A stretch of DNA of 64,000 nt from a virus, in the IMG/VR virus record IMGVR_UViG_3300022902_000007; one strand, given 5' to 3'. Below are positions 46,024 to 56,237 of the stretch, in pieces. A program made the position numbers and the translations under genes. The notes under the pieces are model-generated. The model worked only from the letters and a program-made list of their open reading frames with translations. It did no database searches and was not told where the DNA came from. The first letter of the stretch is position 1. Each line of letters opens with the position of its first letter.

Positions 46024-48946
46024 GGACAAGAAGTATCAGATTCAGATTGAGGCAGCCAAGAAAGTCTTGGCCTTGTATGGTACTGGTCTTGGTACGCTCA
46101 GGCAGACCTTGCTCAATACGAGAAGTGAAGAAGAGAAAGCCGTAGTCGAAGCAGAGATCATCGATACACTCGAAAAGCTTTTCGCTCAGACCTTCTCTCT
46201 CTCTGGTATTGAGGGGCAAGAGCTGTCTTATACGGATGTCCAGGCCTTTACGAATGGGTTGGCGATTCTTGATACTTACCGGTCGGAATGTCTGAATGCT
46301 CTCGGTCGGCTGTATGTCGATTACTACAATGCTCATCAAATGGCAATGATGGATCTGTCTGGAAAGCATAAACGCATACGGCAGAAAAAGGCAGTCCTCG
46401 ATCTCTGGACCGACACTGAGGACAAGTGGGCTATCGCTGAGAAGTTTCTCAATGGAGACGTAATAGACTCTTCATTGATTTCACAACCCATGTGCTCTGT
46501 CGATACCAATCAGGGTTATTTGACTCTGCCCGTGAGTTCAACAAGATCTCTTGGAATAGGAAGCCTCTCCATATCTGCTGGAAGCAATGGGCAACCAGGC
46601 AATTCCGATCAGGCCGTTGACTTCTCCATCAATGACATCACAAATGTAATTGCAGACAATGAGCTGTGGTTCGAATATGAGAAGCTGGACAATGGTCCGG
46701 TTGATCTCGTACTTAATTTCCAGTTGTCGAAAGAAGACATCGTCAACAATATCGAGATCGTACCAGCCGACGTTTCACTGCCCCCCTTCCAGGTTGTGGA
46801 TATCAGCCTGGTGAGTTCTTCCAGCAATTTCAGTATCAGGGATTTCCTCCCCTCCAGCTTGAGTCAAGACTTTTTCTCTGTTCGTGGGAAATCTGCTGCT
46901 CCTGTTTGGTCAATCACAATCCCGCCTGTGCCAGCTCGTAACATCATTGTTCGTCTGCGTCAAACGGCGTCGGTGATTGTCAAAACTTGGTCCAGGGACT
47001 TGGTCGAAGTAGAGAGGAATAGATTCGGTCTTGCGCTGGAACAAATAAGATTTAATTGTAAATCATATGGCAGCAAGGGAGCCATCAACAGCAAGAATCT
47101 CAAACTTCCTGGTGATCTTTATGTGTGCACAGGAAGCGTGACAGTCTCTCCTCCACAAGAGAGTTTCCACTCAATTGGTCTTGATGTCACGACTGATGAC
47201 GGGCAGGCATGGTCTTCTGATCTCCTCACCGGAGACGGATGGCTCATGGAGGGGACTGAGGAGAAGCTAAATTGGCGTCTGAACGTAGAGCTAAAGAATG
47301 ATTACAACTTGGCGACATTAAAGAATGACTCATCTCTCTTCGAGGTTGAGAGTCTCACGAAGCTCATCTCCGGAACAGTTTCTCCTCAGGTCTGTGTTAT
47401 TAGTTCTGATGCAGATGGAGACGAGGTTTTTTGTCAGCGCAAGGTTCTCAGGAGAACCGATAATCCTCACAAGGTTTTTTCCTTGGGTAAAGGCAAGGGG
47501 ATCGAGACCCTGTTCCCCCTCCCCTTCGACATAGATGAATTTGGTGTCACTCCTGATGAGTGCAAGGTTTATGTGAACAAAAGAGAGTGGACGGAAGTTT
47601 CGGATTCTTCCCTGCTTGCCTCTGGTACTTTCATGTTCTCAGAGGATCACAACAGTCTCGTATTCGGGGCGGCTTTGCCAGACAAAGCTTCTGTTGGGAT
47701 TGCGCTCTCTGAAGAGAAGTGCTTATTTACAGAGAAGTCAGATGGTTTCTATGTGGCTCCAAAGCTTGGTTTCAATCCCCAAAGATGCGTATTCACTCAC
47801 ATCCCTTCGGCTTTCAGTCGAAAGGTCAATGTTCTCCCCAGAGGAAAGACACGTATTGTCCTCGGGCCGACAGGAATAGACTCCACGAGTTTCGTTCTTT
47901 CGTCTGTTGGAGGAGCGAGCTATACGGCGAAGAGCGATCGTAGCTCTCTTGCTGTTGCTGGAGATTACTACATAGACACAGTGAATGGTATTCTCTATTT
48001 ATATGAATCAATAGATGATGACATTGTTCGTTGTCAATACCGGTACCAGTCCAGAAGCCTTTTGGGAGCCAGTGAATACGATGTTGTATATGAAGATTTG
48101 AGGCCAACATGGCTTCGTTTGCCGAAGTCGTTAGTAGCTACTCATCAGATCACTGATATTGTTGGTGGGAGTCTCTATGGACGGATCGATATCCTGACGG
48201 GAAGTTATGGTTCAAGAAGTAATCTGTTCCCGTCTTCTACTACGGCAATGACTCTCTCTCATGACTACGTGGTGAAGGGATCTGTTGTTGTTGGCCCCGG
48301 CCTCATGGGCTATTCTGGTGATGAGCTCACACCTGTAGAGGTCGATTATGTTGATGGCTACAGTGAATTTCTTGGTCTGATTCCCATAGAAAAGGAGATC
48401 ACCACTGCTATCTCTGCTGATGGGACTGGACGATCCAGTTTTACTTTGGCTGCTGGAGCTTTGTGGTATTCCACTCTCGGGGTCTCTTTCTCTGACACTT
48501 CTGTCTTTGCCACAGAGAAGTCCTCTCTTTCAGGGGTCACAGCTGCTGGCGATTACCATGTGGACTCAGGTACCGGAGGGATTACGCTGTACGGAGACAT
48601 TCCCCAGGGCATCGAACTGTCTTATTTCTATCGTGATGTGGAGTGGGATTCTTCGAATCGGTACTCTGTTGACTATGTCAATGGAACTCTCTACACTTCT
48701 CAGGCCATGGTCAATGATGCTACGGTCCAATACAAGGCCACGAGCTATAAGCTTGCCTATGATGTTTGTGAAGACTTACCAGCAGAGTACTCTGCTGGTA
48801 CACGCTCAGTAAAGATCGATACGTCTGATTTCGAAGGGATGTCTTTCGTCTCCATCTTCTGGAAAAAGGGAGAGGCTATTTCTGAATTTGACTTCTCCAG
48901 GTGCTACTCTCCAGTGATTTATTCACTTGGTCTAAGGTTTGAATAA
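46004..48946 (+). CDS. tail/baseplate appendage protein, paralogue B (980 aa)
   Basis: Same architecture, plus repeated GDY.VD...G modules. Confidence 0.5.
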   Translation: MSLNAIRDKKYQIQIEAAKKVLALYGTGLGTLRQTLLNTRSEEEKAVVEAEIIDTLEKLFAQTFSLSGIEGQELSYTDVQAFTNGLAILDTYRSECLNALGRLYVDYYNAHQMAMMDLSGKHKRIRQKKAVLDLWTDTEDKWAIAEKFLNGDVIDSSLISQPMCSVDTNQGYLTLPVSSTRSLGIGSLSISAGSNGQPGNSDQAVDFSINDITNVIADNELWFEYEKLDNGPVDLVLNFQLSKEDIVNNIEIVPADVSLPPFQVVDISLVSSSSNFSIRDFLPSSLSQDFFSVRGKSAAPVWSITIPPVPARNIIVRLRQTASVIVKTWSRDLVEVERNRFGLALEQIRFNCKSYGSKGAINSKNLKLPGDLYVCTGSVTVSPPQESFHSIGLDVTTDDGQAWSSDLLTGDGWLMEGTEEKLNWRLNVELKNDYNLATLKNDSSLFEVESLTKLISGTVSPQVCVISSDADGDEVFCQRKVLRRTDNPHKVFSLGKGKGIETLFPLPFDIDEFGVTPDECKVYVNKREWTEVSDSSLLASGTFMFSEDHNSLVFGAALPDKASVGIALSEEKCLFTEKSDGFYVAPKLGFNPQRCVFTHIPSAFSRKVNVLPRGKTRIVLGPTGIDSTSFVLSSVGGASYTAKSDRSSLAVAGDYYIDTVNGILYLYESIDDDIVRCQYRYQSRSLLGASEYDVVYEDLRPTWLRLPKSLVATHQITDIVGGSLYGRIDILTGSYGSRSNLFPSSTTAMTLSHDYVVKGSVVVGPGLMGYSGDELTPVEVDYVDGYSEFLGLIPIEKEITTAISADGTGRSSFTLAAGALWYSTLGVSFSDTSVFATEKSSLSGVTAAGDYHVDSGTGGITLYGDIPQGIELSYFYRDVEWDSSNRYSVDYVNGTLYTSQAMVNDATVQYKATSYKLAYDVCEDLPAEYSAGTRSVKIDTSDFEGMSFVSIFWKKGEAISEFDFSRCYSPVIYSLGLRFE

Positions 48947-50937
48947 TGAACAAGTTCTATTCTGAAGCCCTAAAGAGAAGAGTCGTTACGGAGTATATCT
49001 CCGAGAACGGTCGTAGCCCATCTAAAGAAAAACTCTTCGAGTTGTTGAGAGACGAAGAGGCTCGGCGAGCCGAGCTTGATATCGTCGGTTTTTCTTCACT
49101 TGATTTAGACAAGCCATCATTCGGAGGAACGAGCTCTCTTGCCAGTGAGCAGATGAATAGGAGTAGCATCTCCGATGATTTCACCGTGAGTCAGAAAAGG
49201 ATTGACAGTGCTGCTACATTGCTGGAAGAGTCGTTCCGTGGTGCAAAGGCTACGGCTATAAGAATCAACAAGTCTTTTGCGTCCATTGAGAGGGTATTGA
49301 ACAATCTGCTATTGCTCAAAGGGCGAGCAGATGTTTTTACTCATGGAGTAGAAGAAGGCTTCGAAGGACAAGAACTGGTAGATCAGGAGCAGACGACTGC
49401 TACTGTAGAGCCGGGATCCGTGACTCTGCGGAGAGCTGGTGAGACCCGAGTCTCTCTCGAAACAGCCAAGCTGTCTTTCAGTGCTATCTCAAAAGCAGGA
49501 GTCATATCTGCCCGAGCAAATACTCCGATATCCTCTCTGAAGTCTCCGGATGGAAGCTTCTGGGAATACAGGGTTGTCACTGCTGCAGCAACTGGCAGGA
49601 CCTCCTGTATTATTGACGTAGTTTTTGACGAGCCACAATATGTCTCTGAAGTGAAGATCACCGGCCTTGCTCTCGATGCCGGCTCCAAAGTTTCTCTCAA
49701 TGTATTTTACAGTACTGATGGGACCGCTTATTCTACTGGCCAAAGTCAAGAGCTGGCCATGAACAGTGGAGAGAACAGAGTTGGAATCGGGATTGACGAA
49801 GTAAAGAAATTGCGCATCCTGGTATCAAAGACTCACTCGGATTACGAGGACGCAGGGTCGCATGTGTATCTTTTCAGTTTTGATGCACTGGAGGTCTATT
49901 CGGACCATTACACATCAGATTTGAAGTCTACTGTTTTCCTTGGCCCCTATGAAGTTCTTGATGATGATCTGTCTGTTGTCAATTTTTCCATGGCCACTTT
50001 GTCCAGTGGTACGTGCTGTACGATCCCCGATGGAACGCAGGTTGCGTTCTGGCTCTCCAAAGATGGAGAGAATTGGTATTCTGCCAGTTGTTCAGGTGAC
50101 ACGCCTTCGGTTGTCTCTTTCGACAACTTGAATCCTTCTGGGAGTGAGTCGTGGATTGATGACTCTATTTCCGAGAACTCATTGACAGACCAGAAGATCT
50201 TGGACTCTGACTTGGAGTTTGGGAAGGAAGCATTCACGAATCTGTATTTAGATTCTGATTACGCGGACAAAATCGTAAGAGACAATATCCGCGTAAAGAG
50301 AAATTTGCCAAATGGCAGTGACCTATATGGAACTGAAAGCGGATGGTTCTACGATGACAGAGGGAGTGAGTACTCTTGCCACTTCTATGTGGACTCCATG
50401 GAAGGAGTCTATATGAGTTTCGGCAATACCAGTGCCATGGTTGACGGCAGGCAGGTTACAGGCACCACGCACCTCGCGCAAGGCTATCACTCCTTCAGGA
50501 CAAGCAAGCACAACTGGCTTGGTGTCTCAGAGGACTTGACGTCTTTGGATTCGCTGAAAAAGGAAGACAAGCTGTATCCTTTCAACCATAAGCTCATGAT
50601 TGAGGGATATGGTTATCTGAACGAGTTCGCTGGAGAAAGGATATACAATGGAACTGATTCTTACTTCGGGGTCTTGTGCAAGTACGTGTCACCAGAAAGA
50701 TTCTATGCAGAGCATGACGGCGATCTGTCTGTCTATACGATTGAAGACTTCGATGGCAATCTGTTCTTCAAGGTAAAGACCGATCCCTCTGATTTGTCTT
50801 GGAAACAAGAAGATGTAGAAGTTGAATATATGCTAAGATCCAGTGATAGCAATACTCTGTACGTCAAGGCAGAATTGACTACAAGCAATACGAGAATCTC
50901 CCCAAGGGTACATTCGATCAAGGTTAGGGTTTTATAA
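48946..50937 (+). CDS. tail/baseplate appendage protein, paralogue C
   Basis: Same architecture; C-terminal LYVKAEL....SPRVHSIKV motif seen in baseplate proteins. Confidence 0.5.
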   Translation: MNKFYSEALKRRVVTEYISENGRSPSKEKLFELLRDEEARRAELDIVGFSSLDLDKPSFGGTSSLASEQMNRSSISDDFTVSQKRIDSAATLLEESFRGAKATAIRINKSFASIERVLNNLLLLKGRADVFTHGVEEGFEGQELVDQEQTTATVEPGSVTLRRAGETRVSLETAKLSFSAISKAGVISARANTPISSLKSPDGSFWEYRVVTAAATGRTSCIIDVVFDEPQYVSEVKITGLALDAGSKVSLNVFYSTDGTAYSTGQSQELAMNSGENRVGIGIDEVKKLRILVSKTHSDYEDAGSHVYLFSFDALEVYSDHYTSDLKSTVFLGPYEVLDDDLSVVNFSMATLSSGTCCTIPDGTQVAFWLSKDGENWYSASCSGDTPSVVSFDNLNPSGSESWIDDSISENSLTDQKILDSDLEFGKEAFTNLYLDSDYADKIVRDNIRVKRNLPNGSDLYGTESGWFYDDRGSEYSCHFYVDSMEGVYMSFGNTSAMVDGRQVTGTTHLAQGYHSFRTSKHNWLGVSEDLTSLDSLKKEDKLYPFNHKLMIEGYGYLNEFAGERIYNGTDSYFGVLCKYVSPERFYAEHDGDLSVYTIEDFDGNLFFKVKTDPSDLSWKQEDVEVEYMLRSSDSNTLYVKAELTTSNTRISPRVHSIKVRVL

Positions 50938-52650
50938 ATGTCTCAGTATTTTGATAAACTGATTGATACTGTCGTTCAGTCGACTGGTGCGAACACTGGC
51001 TCACTGACAACTACGGCAGACAGGGCTTCCTTTCAGACGAATGTGAAAGCTGACATTGCTCGTCTTGTTCAACAGTACAACAACGTGGTTTATCCAGCCA
51101 TTTCGGTCTTGAGATCTGGCCCCACTAAAGACGATGTACTTGAGCATGGTATTGAGGGACGAACTGTCACGACTTTTGGAGATGCGACAGAGGATGCGGC
51201 AGAGTGTTATTGGAACACGGCTATAGGCCAGCCTGCCTCTATCAAAGAGACTATTGATTATCTCTTGAGTGATTTGGCTCGTCTTGAAAACCTGATCGCT
51301 GCCTTTGCAGTCGCTACTGTCTTTGATGATACTTCTATCCTATCAGCAATTAATTGTTTGCAGCTTGATCGTTCGCAAATGGCCAAGGATGCTTTCGGGA
51401 CCTCTTATAGCGTGGACTGCGACGGCAATGCGGACCTGACTTATTCTCTGGCCCATCATGTCGATGCTCTTGGAGCCATGTTCTCTGGATTCCCTGGAAC
51501 GGGGCTCAGTCATTCTGGTACTTACCCGACTCTTTCTTTGTCTATTCTGTCTTCCAACATTACTTGGAACAGTATAATTCCTCAAACAGTCGTTGCTTCG
51601 CTCCCACCGAACTTGGCTGCGATCAGAACGTTTGTCGGGATGGATGCACCAAATGACTCTACTCCAGATTACAGTGCTCATGTCGGCAGTCCGCTTGTCT
51701 GGATCTCTGACGCTGACTCGCTCGAAAAGGCCATTGCCCTTCTTGACCAGGCAGTAGGCCCTACTCTCGGCGCCAATGTTGGTGGGGGGCGTCAGGTCTA
51801 CAAGAACAAGACTGCCAACACACTGAACTTCAGAACATTCGGGTCAGCCTCGGGCCTTATCGGTGTCACTCAGGGTTTGAACCTAATCGATCTTGACCTG
51901 AATGCAGATTTGAATGATCTGGGTGATGCAGTCATAGCTGCTCCCGCCAATGGAGATTTGCTCACGTATGAGACGGCTACGGCGAAGTGGAAGAACAAAC
52001 CTGATCCGAACGTCCTTGGAGCGGATTGGGTTCCTCCAAAAGATTTTATTGCTGTCAGCGATGCGCCAGCTACTCTTCAAGTAAGGCCTGGTAATCCAAT
52101 CATAGTGAATTACTACGATCACAGTGCTCTTGGTGCTGATGAGCTAAGTCTTTATTATCTCAAGTTCACTGGCGGAGCTCCTGCTGCCGACGCTCAGAGA
52201 ATTAACTGGACGCTTGGTGCGCCTCATACAAATACTGCTGCTACAGACCCTCATGCGAGGAATTGCAGGGTGCTGGCTTATTTCATGCTCCCAGATGATT
52301 TTGCCGGCTGGGGTGGAGCTGGGGGCACTATCACGTTTGAGTTACAGCTTGGTCAGTCTACAGCTGCTCCAAGTGCTGGTATCATCCCTGATGGCCAATT
52401 AATTGATTTTGCTGGCAATACCTGGGGAACTGTTCTTCAGCGAACTATCACAGCTCCTGTAGCGGCTCCTGCCCTTACTCATTATGTTCTGGATTTCGGA
52501 ATTACCACTCTCAATCCGTACAATGTTGACGGTGTTGTACACTTCCGACTTCTTTTGGATGATGACGTTGCAGATGTGCCTACTGGAGACTTTGCTGATG
52601 GCAACGCTCACATCTGGCTGCTTGGTACACGAGTCGTTTGGCTGAGATAG
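50938..52650 (+). CDS. tail fibre / receptor-binding protein
   Basis: Fibre motifs GANVGGG..VYKNK....LNFRT and LNDLGD..IAAPANGDLLTY....KWKN before a C-terminal globular domain. Confidence 0.6.
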   Translation: MSQYFDKLIDTVVQSTGANTGSLTTTADRASFQTNVKADIARLVQQYNNVVYPAISVLRSGPTKDDVLEHGIEGRTVTTFGDATEDAAECYWNTAIGQPASIKETIDYLLSDLARLENLIAAFAVATVFDDTSILSAINCLQLDRSQMAKDAFGTSYSVDCDGNADLTYSLAHHVDALGAMFSGFPGTGLSHSGTYPTLSLSILSSNITWNSIIPQTVVASLPPNLAAIRTFVGMDAPNDSTPDYSAHVGSPLVWISDADSLEKAIALLDQAVGPTLGANVGGGRQVYKNKTANTLNFRTFGSASGLIGVTQGLNLIDLDLNADLNDLGDAVIAAPANGDLLTYETATAKWKNKPDPNVLGADWVPPKDFIAVSDAPATLQVRPGNPIIVNYYDHSALGADELSLYYLKFTGGAPAADAQRINWTLGAPHTNTAATDPHARNCRVLAYFMLPDDFAGWGGAGGTITFELQLGQSTAAPSAGIIPDGQLIDFAGNTWGTVLQRTITAPVAAPALTHYVLDFGITTLNPYNVDGVVHFRLLLDDDVADVPTGDFADGNAHIWLLGTRVVWLR

Positions 52651-52652
52651 GT

Positions 52653-54716
52653 ATGCGGAGCAAGAGAAAGCAAAGAGTAATCGCCCAGAAGCAAGAATCG
52701 GTATGCCGTGGTAAGCGAGTCATCACTGCGGTTCCAAAGAGATCAGCTACTGTTCGGAAGGTTCTGAAGGAGCACTCTGCGCAACGTATATGTGTAATTC
52801 GTTCAGTGGGTGGGCTGGGCGATGTACTCATGGCTACTCCGGCGTTACGAGAATTGAAGCACCGGTACCCAGATGCTCATCTCACCTTTGCAATCGATAG
52901 ACACAGGACTTTTGATGACTCTTATTACGAGCTTGTCAAGAATGCTTTGTTTATTGATGAAATCGTAGATGCTCGATATGTCATCAGAGCCAAGTACGAT
53001 AAAGTCGTAGACATCTCTTCTGTGTGTCTTCCATATGAGAGGGCAGACCTACCGCCAATCAACAGGATAGATCTGTTTGCAAAGAAGCTGGGATTCAACA
53101 AGCTCCATGACTCTCTGCCTTTCTATGAGGTGTCTCCGGAAGAAGTTTTCTGGGCTCGCAAGATCATTGGTGCCGGACTACAACCAGTGGTCTGTATTCA
53201 TACAGCTTCTCACGATGCTCAAAGGTCTCTGCCTTTTGACAAACATCATGAGATCGTTCGGATGTTGAATGAACGAGTCTCTGGAGTCCGAATTGTCTTG
53301 TTCGACTTCAACAATCGCAACAAGAAGTTAGCTACCGCCGAGGGAGTCATTGACTGTAGCAAGTGCAGCACTCGTGAGAAGGCTGCTCTCATCCAGCAAT
53401 GTGACGTATTCTTCGGTCCTGACTCAGGACCGATGCATTTGGCTGGTGCCTTGAAGATCCCCTCAGTGGTGGCTTTTGGCTCGATTCCTCCAGTGGCTCG
53501 GCTCAATCACTACCCCACTCACGAGGCCATCGTCTCAGGACTGTCATGCGCTCCTTGCTGGTATCAGCATTGTCCCCGCTCCTTTAAATGCATGAAGGAG
53601 ATCTCCCCGAGAGAGATAGTCAACAGGATTGTCTCTAAAATTCCTTCTTACAGGAACAAGATAGTCTTCCATTCCATCTTGAATCCTTGTGATGGCTATG
53701 GTGGCTCTGCAGAACAGATGGCTCTTGCCATGAGTGATATCGACTCAAGAATTAGGTACACAGCTTATACGAAATCAAATGACTGGAAGGCCCTCTCCGA
53801 GAAACCCACTCAGAAGCTCTACGAGAGATCTGGAGACGCTTTGGCATATCTGGGGTACTTCCCCCCTGCAGAAGCCGAGAAGCCCAGCAGGATGGCCCTG
53901 AGGGCTCGTATGAGATTCTTTTACACAACGTTTGAGTCGACCAGACCTCCCAAGGATTGGGCTGGTTTTATAAATCAGTTCGATAAACTGTTTGTTAGCT
54001 GTGATATGTGCAGAGATGGCTTCCATGATATTGGTGTTGAAGTACCTATCTCCATAGTTCCCTTGGGTGTAAAAGAAAGTCTTTGGCCTGTGGTGAAACG
54101 TACAGGTTCTGGACCTTTTAGATTCTTGCTGTTCGCCAACGCGAACATGAATGACAGGCGTAAGAATTACATGGCTGCTTTCACTGCTTTTAAAAAGGCT
54201 TTTGGGAATAGCAAGCACGTAGAACTGATGGTCAAGATCTCTGGCGGGGATGTCCCTCGATTCATTTCGAGGGAAAAGAATGTTCGTGTGGTGTCTGGAA
54301 GATTCTCTCAGGAGAGACTCTATCAGATGGTCAGCCATGCTGACTGCTTGCTCAGTCCTACGAGGGGTGAAGGCTATGGCCTTTGTCAGCGTGAGATGAT
54401 GGCTACTGGAATGCCCGTGGTTGCTGCCAATTTTGGCGGGTTGAAGAGCATCATGGAACAGTCATTCAATTACTCGGTTCCCTATCAGATGTCCAAGGCT
54501 TCATACGGAAATCTCTACGTAAGCAGGAATGGCATGAGTAGGGACTTTGGTCTTTGGGCAGAGCCAGACGTCGATGCAATGACTGATATCATTGCCGATC
54601 TGCCTGGCAGAGTACAAGAAGTGAGAAGCAAGGGACTCGCTGGTGCTCAATGGATCCGAGAGAATGAGACTTATGATATCTGCGCTACCAGGCTTTTCAA
54701 GGAGATGGGGTTTTGA
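52653..54716 (+). CDS. bifunctional glycosyltransferase: GT9 (heptosyltransferase-like) fused to GT4
   Basis: GT9: GGLGDVLMATPALRELK and DSGPMHLAGAL. GT4: FEST, PLGV, RKN and the EGYGLCQRE (EX7E) motif. Confidence 0.85.
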   Translation: MRSKRKQRVIAQKQESVCRGKRVITAVPKRSATVRKVLKEHSAQRICVIRSVGGLGDVLMATPALRELKHRYPDAHLTFAIDRHRTFDDSYYELVKNALFIDEIVDARYVIRAKYDKVVDISSVCLPYERADLPPINRIDLFAKKLGFNKLHDSLPFYEVSPEEVFWARKIIGAGLQPVVCIHTASHDAQRSLPFDKHHEIVRMLNERVSGVRIVLFDFNNRNKKLATAEGVIDCSKCSTREKAALIQQCDVFFGPDSGPMHLAGALKIPSVVAFGSIPPVARLNHYPTHEAIVSGLSCAPCWYQHCPRSFKCMKEISPREIVNRIVSKIPSYRNKIVFHSILNPCDGYGGSAEQMALAMSDIDSRIRYTAYTKSNDWKALSEKPTQKLYERSGDALAYLGYFPPAEAEKPSRMALRARMRFFYTTFESTRPPKDWAGFINQFDKLFVSCDMCRDGFHDIGVEVPISIVPLGVKESLWPVVKRTGSGPFRFLLFANANMNDRRKNYMAAFTAFKKAFGNSKHVELMVKISGGDVPRFISREKNVRVVSGRFSQERLYQMVSHADCLLSPTRGEGYGLCQREMMATGMPVVAANFGGLKSIMEQSFNYSVPYQMSKASYGNLYVSRNGMSRDFGLWAEPDVDAMTDIIADLPGRVQEVRSKGLAGAQWIRENETYDICATRLFKEMGF

Positions 54717-55084
54717 AAATAGCTTTTGATCTTGACGGCATTTTGTGTCACGGGTATCCTTATACAGAGGCCAAGCCGTTTGACGGAGCCGCAGAGCTTT
54801 TAGTTCGGCTCAAGAAAGCTGGGCATCATGTAACCATCTTCACAGCCAGAGGCATGGGCCGCAACAAGAATGATGTTGGCTCTGCCCAGGGACAACTCGC
54901 TCTCCTCACTCTCAATCAACTTAGGGATTGGGGATTCACTTATGATGCTTTTCTCATGGGTAAGCCAAGCTATGATCTTTTTATAGACGACAAAGCTTAT
55001 GGATATAGCTCAATAATTGATGGCAGAGTAGTACAAGTGTTATCATTCGACCAAGTCAAGATTGGTCTTGAGTCTCTCTTGTGA
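54713..55084 (+). CDS. HAD-superfamily phosphatase (capsule-biosynthesis EcbF/BcbF-like)
   Basis: FDLDG, FTARGM and GKP..DLFIDDKA motifs. Confidence 0.8.
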   Translation: MKIAFDLDGILCHGYPYTEAKPFDGAAELLVRLKKAGHHVTIFTARGMGRNKNDVGSAQGQLALLTLNQLRDWGFTYDAFLMGKPSYDLFIDDKAYGYSSIIDGRVVQVLSFDQVKIGLESLL

Positions 55085-55096
55085 TGAGGGCATCCC

Positions 55097-55672
55097 ATGG
55101 TACGAGTTGGCAGCCACATTCCGGACATTGAATATCTAAAGGTACTTCTAATTGAAGATGACCTGGATGATGTTCTTTTGGTCGAAGAGGCCTTAGAAGA
55201 TTCTCTGTCTCTTGAAGTTGATATGAATTGTGTTGGAAGCCTGCGAGAAGGTCTCGAACTACTTTCTCAAAATGATTATGATGTCATTATTAGTGATCTT
55301 GGACTGCCTGATACTTCAGGACTCGAAGCAATCCAGACTCTTGTAGAGGCTGATAGTTCTACTCCGATATTATGTCTGACTGGCAATAGCGGACCCGGCT
55401 GGCCAGAAAGACTAATGTCTTCTGGCGCTGATGAATATCTCGATAAAGGACACATGGCAGGCTCGCTTGGAAGAGCGATGATCAATACCGTGATTAGGGC
55501 AAAGCTGGTTTCTCAGTTGCATGATGCCCTCCTGGAACGAGATGCAGCTCTTGAAGTAGCAGCTAACAAGATCGAAGAGTTGTCAGATAGAGTCGCCGAG
55601 ATAGAAATGAATCTCTGTGATCTGAAAGACTGCCTCGCTTGTGAACGCATAGATTGTGACAGGAGAAGATAA
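55097..55672 (+). CDS. response-regulator receiver domain + coiled coil + Cys-rich tail
   Basis: VLLIEDD, DVIISDLGLPDTSG (phospho-acceptor Asp), LCLTG and GADEYLDK: all CheY-family catalytic residues are present. Confidence 0.85.
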   Translation: MVRVGSHIPDIEYLKVLLIEDDLDDVLLVEEALEDSLSLEVDMNCVGSLREGLELLSQNDYDVIISDLGLPDTSGLEAIQTLVEADSSTPILCLTGNSGPGWPERLMSSGADEYLDKGHMAGSLGRAMINTVIRAKLVSQLHDALLERDAALEVAANKIEELSDRVAEIEMNLCDLKDCLACERIDCDRRR

Positions 55673-56052
55673 TGTCAATTGATCCCTCCATACGACTTGC
55701 TGTAATAGATGCCACTCGCGAAGAACTGGGAAGAGCCCTGGGCCCTGTCGTTGACCAGCTAAAGCATACGCTCGGCAATATTGAAAACAAGCTTGAGAAG
55801 ATTGAGCAAGCAGAGAGAGACAGCGACCGGAACCACCTATTGACGGATGGCAAGATCATCATTCTTGAGACTGCAGTTAGAGGATTACAAAAAACTGTAG
55901 ACGAACTACAAAACAAAGCGGATGCACTCACTGAGACACAGACTGGGATTAGTACCAGAATGGCGATATTCGGGGCAGTCACCATGGTGGTTGTGAACGG
56001 TGTCATCGCCGCCTTGGTCGTTGCCGGCATGGCCGCAGTAGGAGTCGGATAA
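55672..56052 (+). CDS. coiled-coil protein with C-terminal transmembrane helix (holin/XhlA-like)
   Basis: Heptad repeats followed by MAIFGAVTMVVVNGVIAALVVAGMAAV. Confidence 0.45.
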   Translation: MSIDPSIRLAVIDATREELGRALGPVVDQLKHTLGNIENKLEKIEQAERDSDRNHLLTDGKIIILETAVRGLQKTVDELQNKADALTETQTGISTRMAIFGAVTMVVVNGVIAALVVAGMAAVGVG

Positions 56053-56237
56053 TGCCTCGTTCAGATAACACTCTGGAATTCGTACTGGCTCAGTGTGCGG
56101 CGATAGAAGCTCGTATAGATAAATTAAATAGGGGCAGAGAAGAAGACTTGGAAGAGCAGGATACAGTGGTCATCAAGAATGATCAGGTTAGCGGCAAGAA
56201 AAAGCTTGTTGACAGTCTCAATACGCAGGAGCAATAA
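56052..56237 (+). CDS. small hypothetical protein
   Basis: TAATG-coupled 61-aa ORF with RBS. Confidence 0.55.
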   Translation: MPRSDNTLEFVLAQCAAIEARIDKLNRGREEDLEEQDTVVIKNDQVSGKKKLVDSLNTQEQ

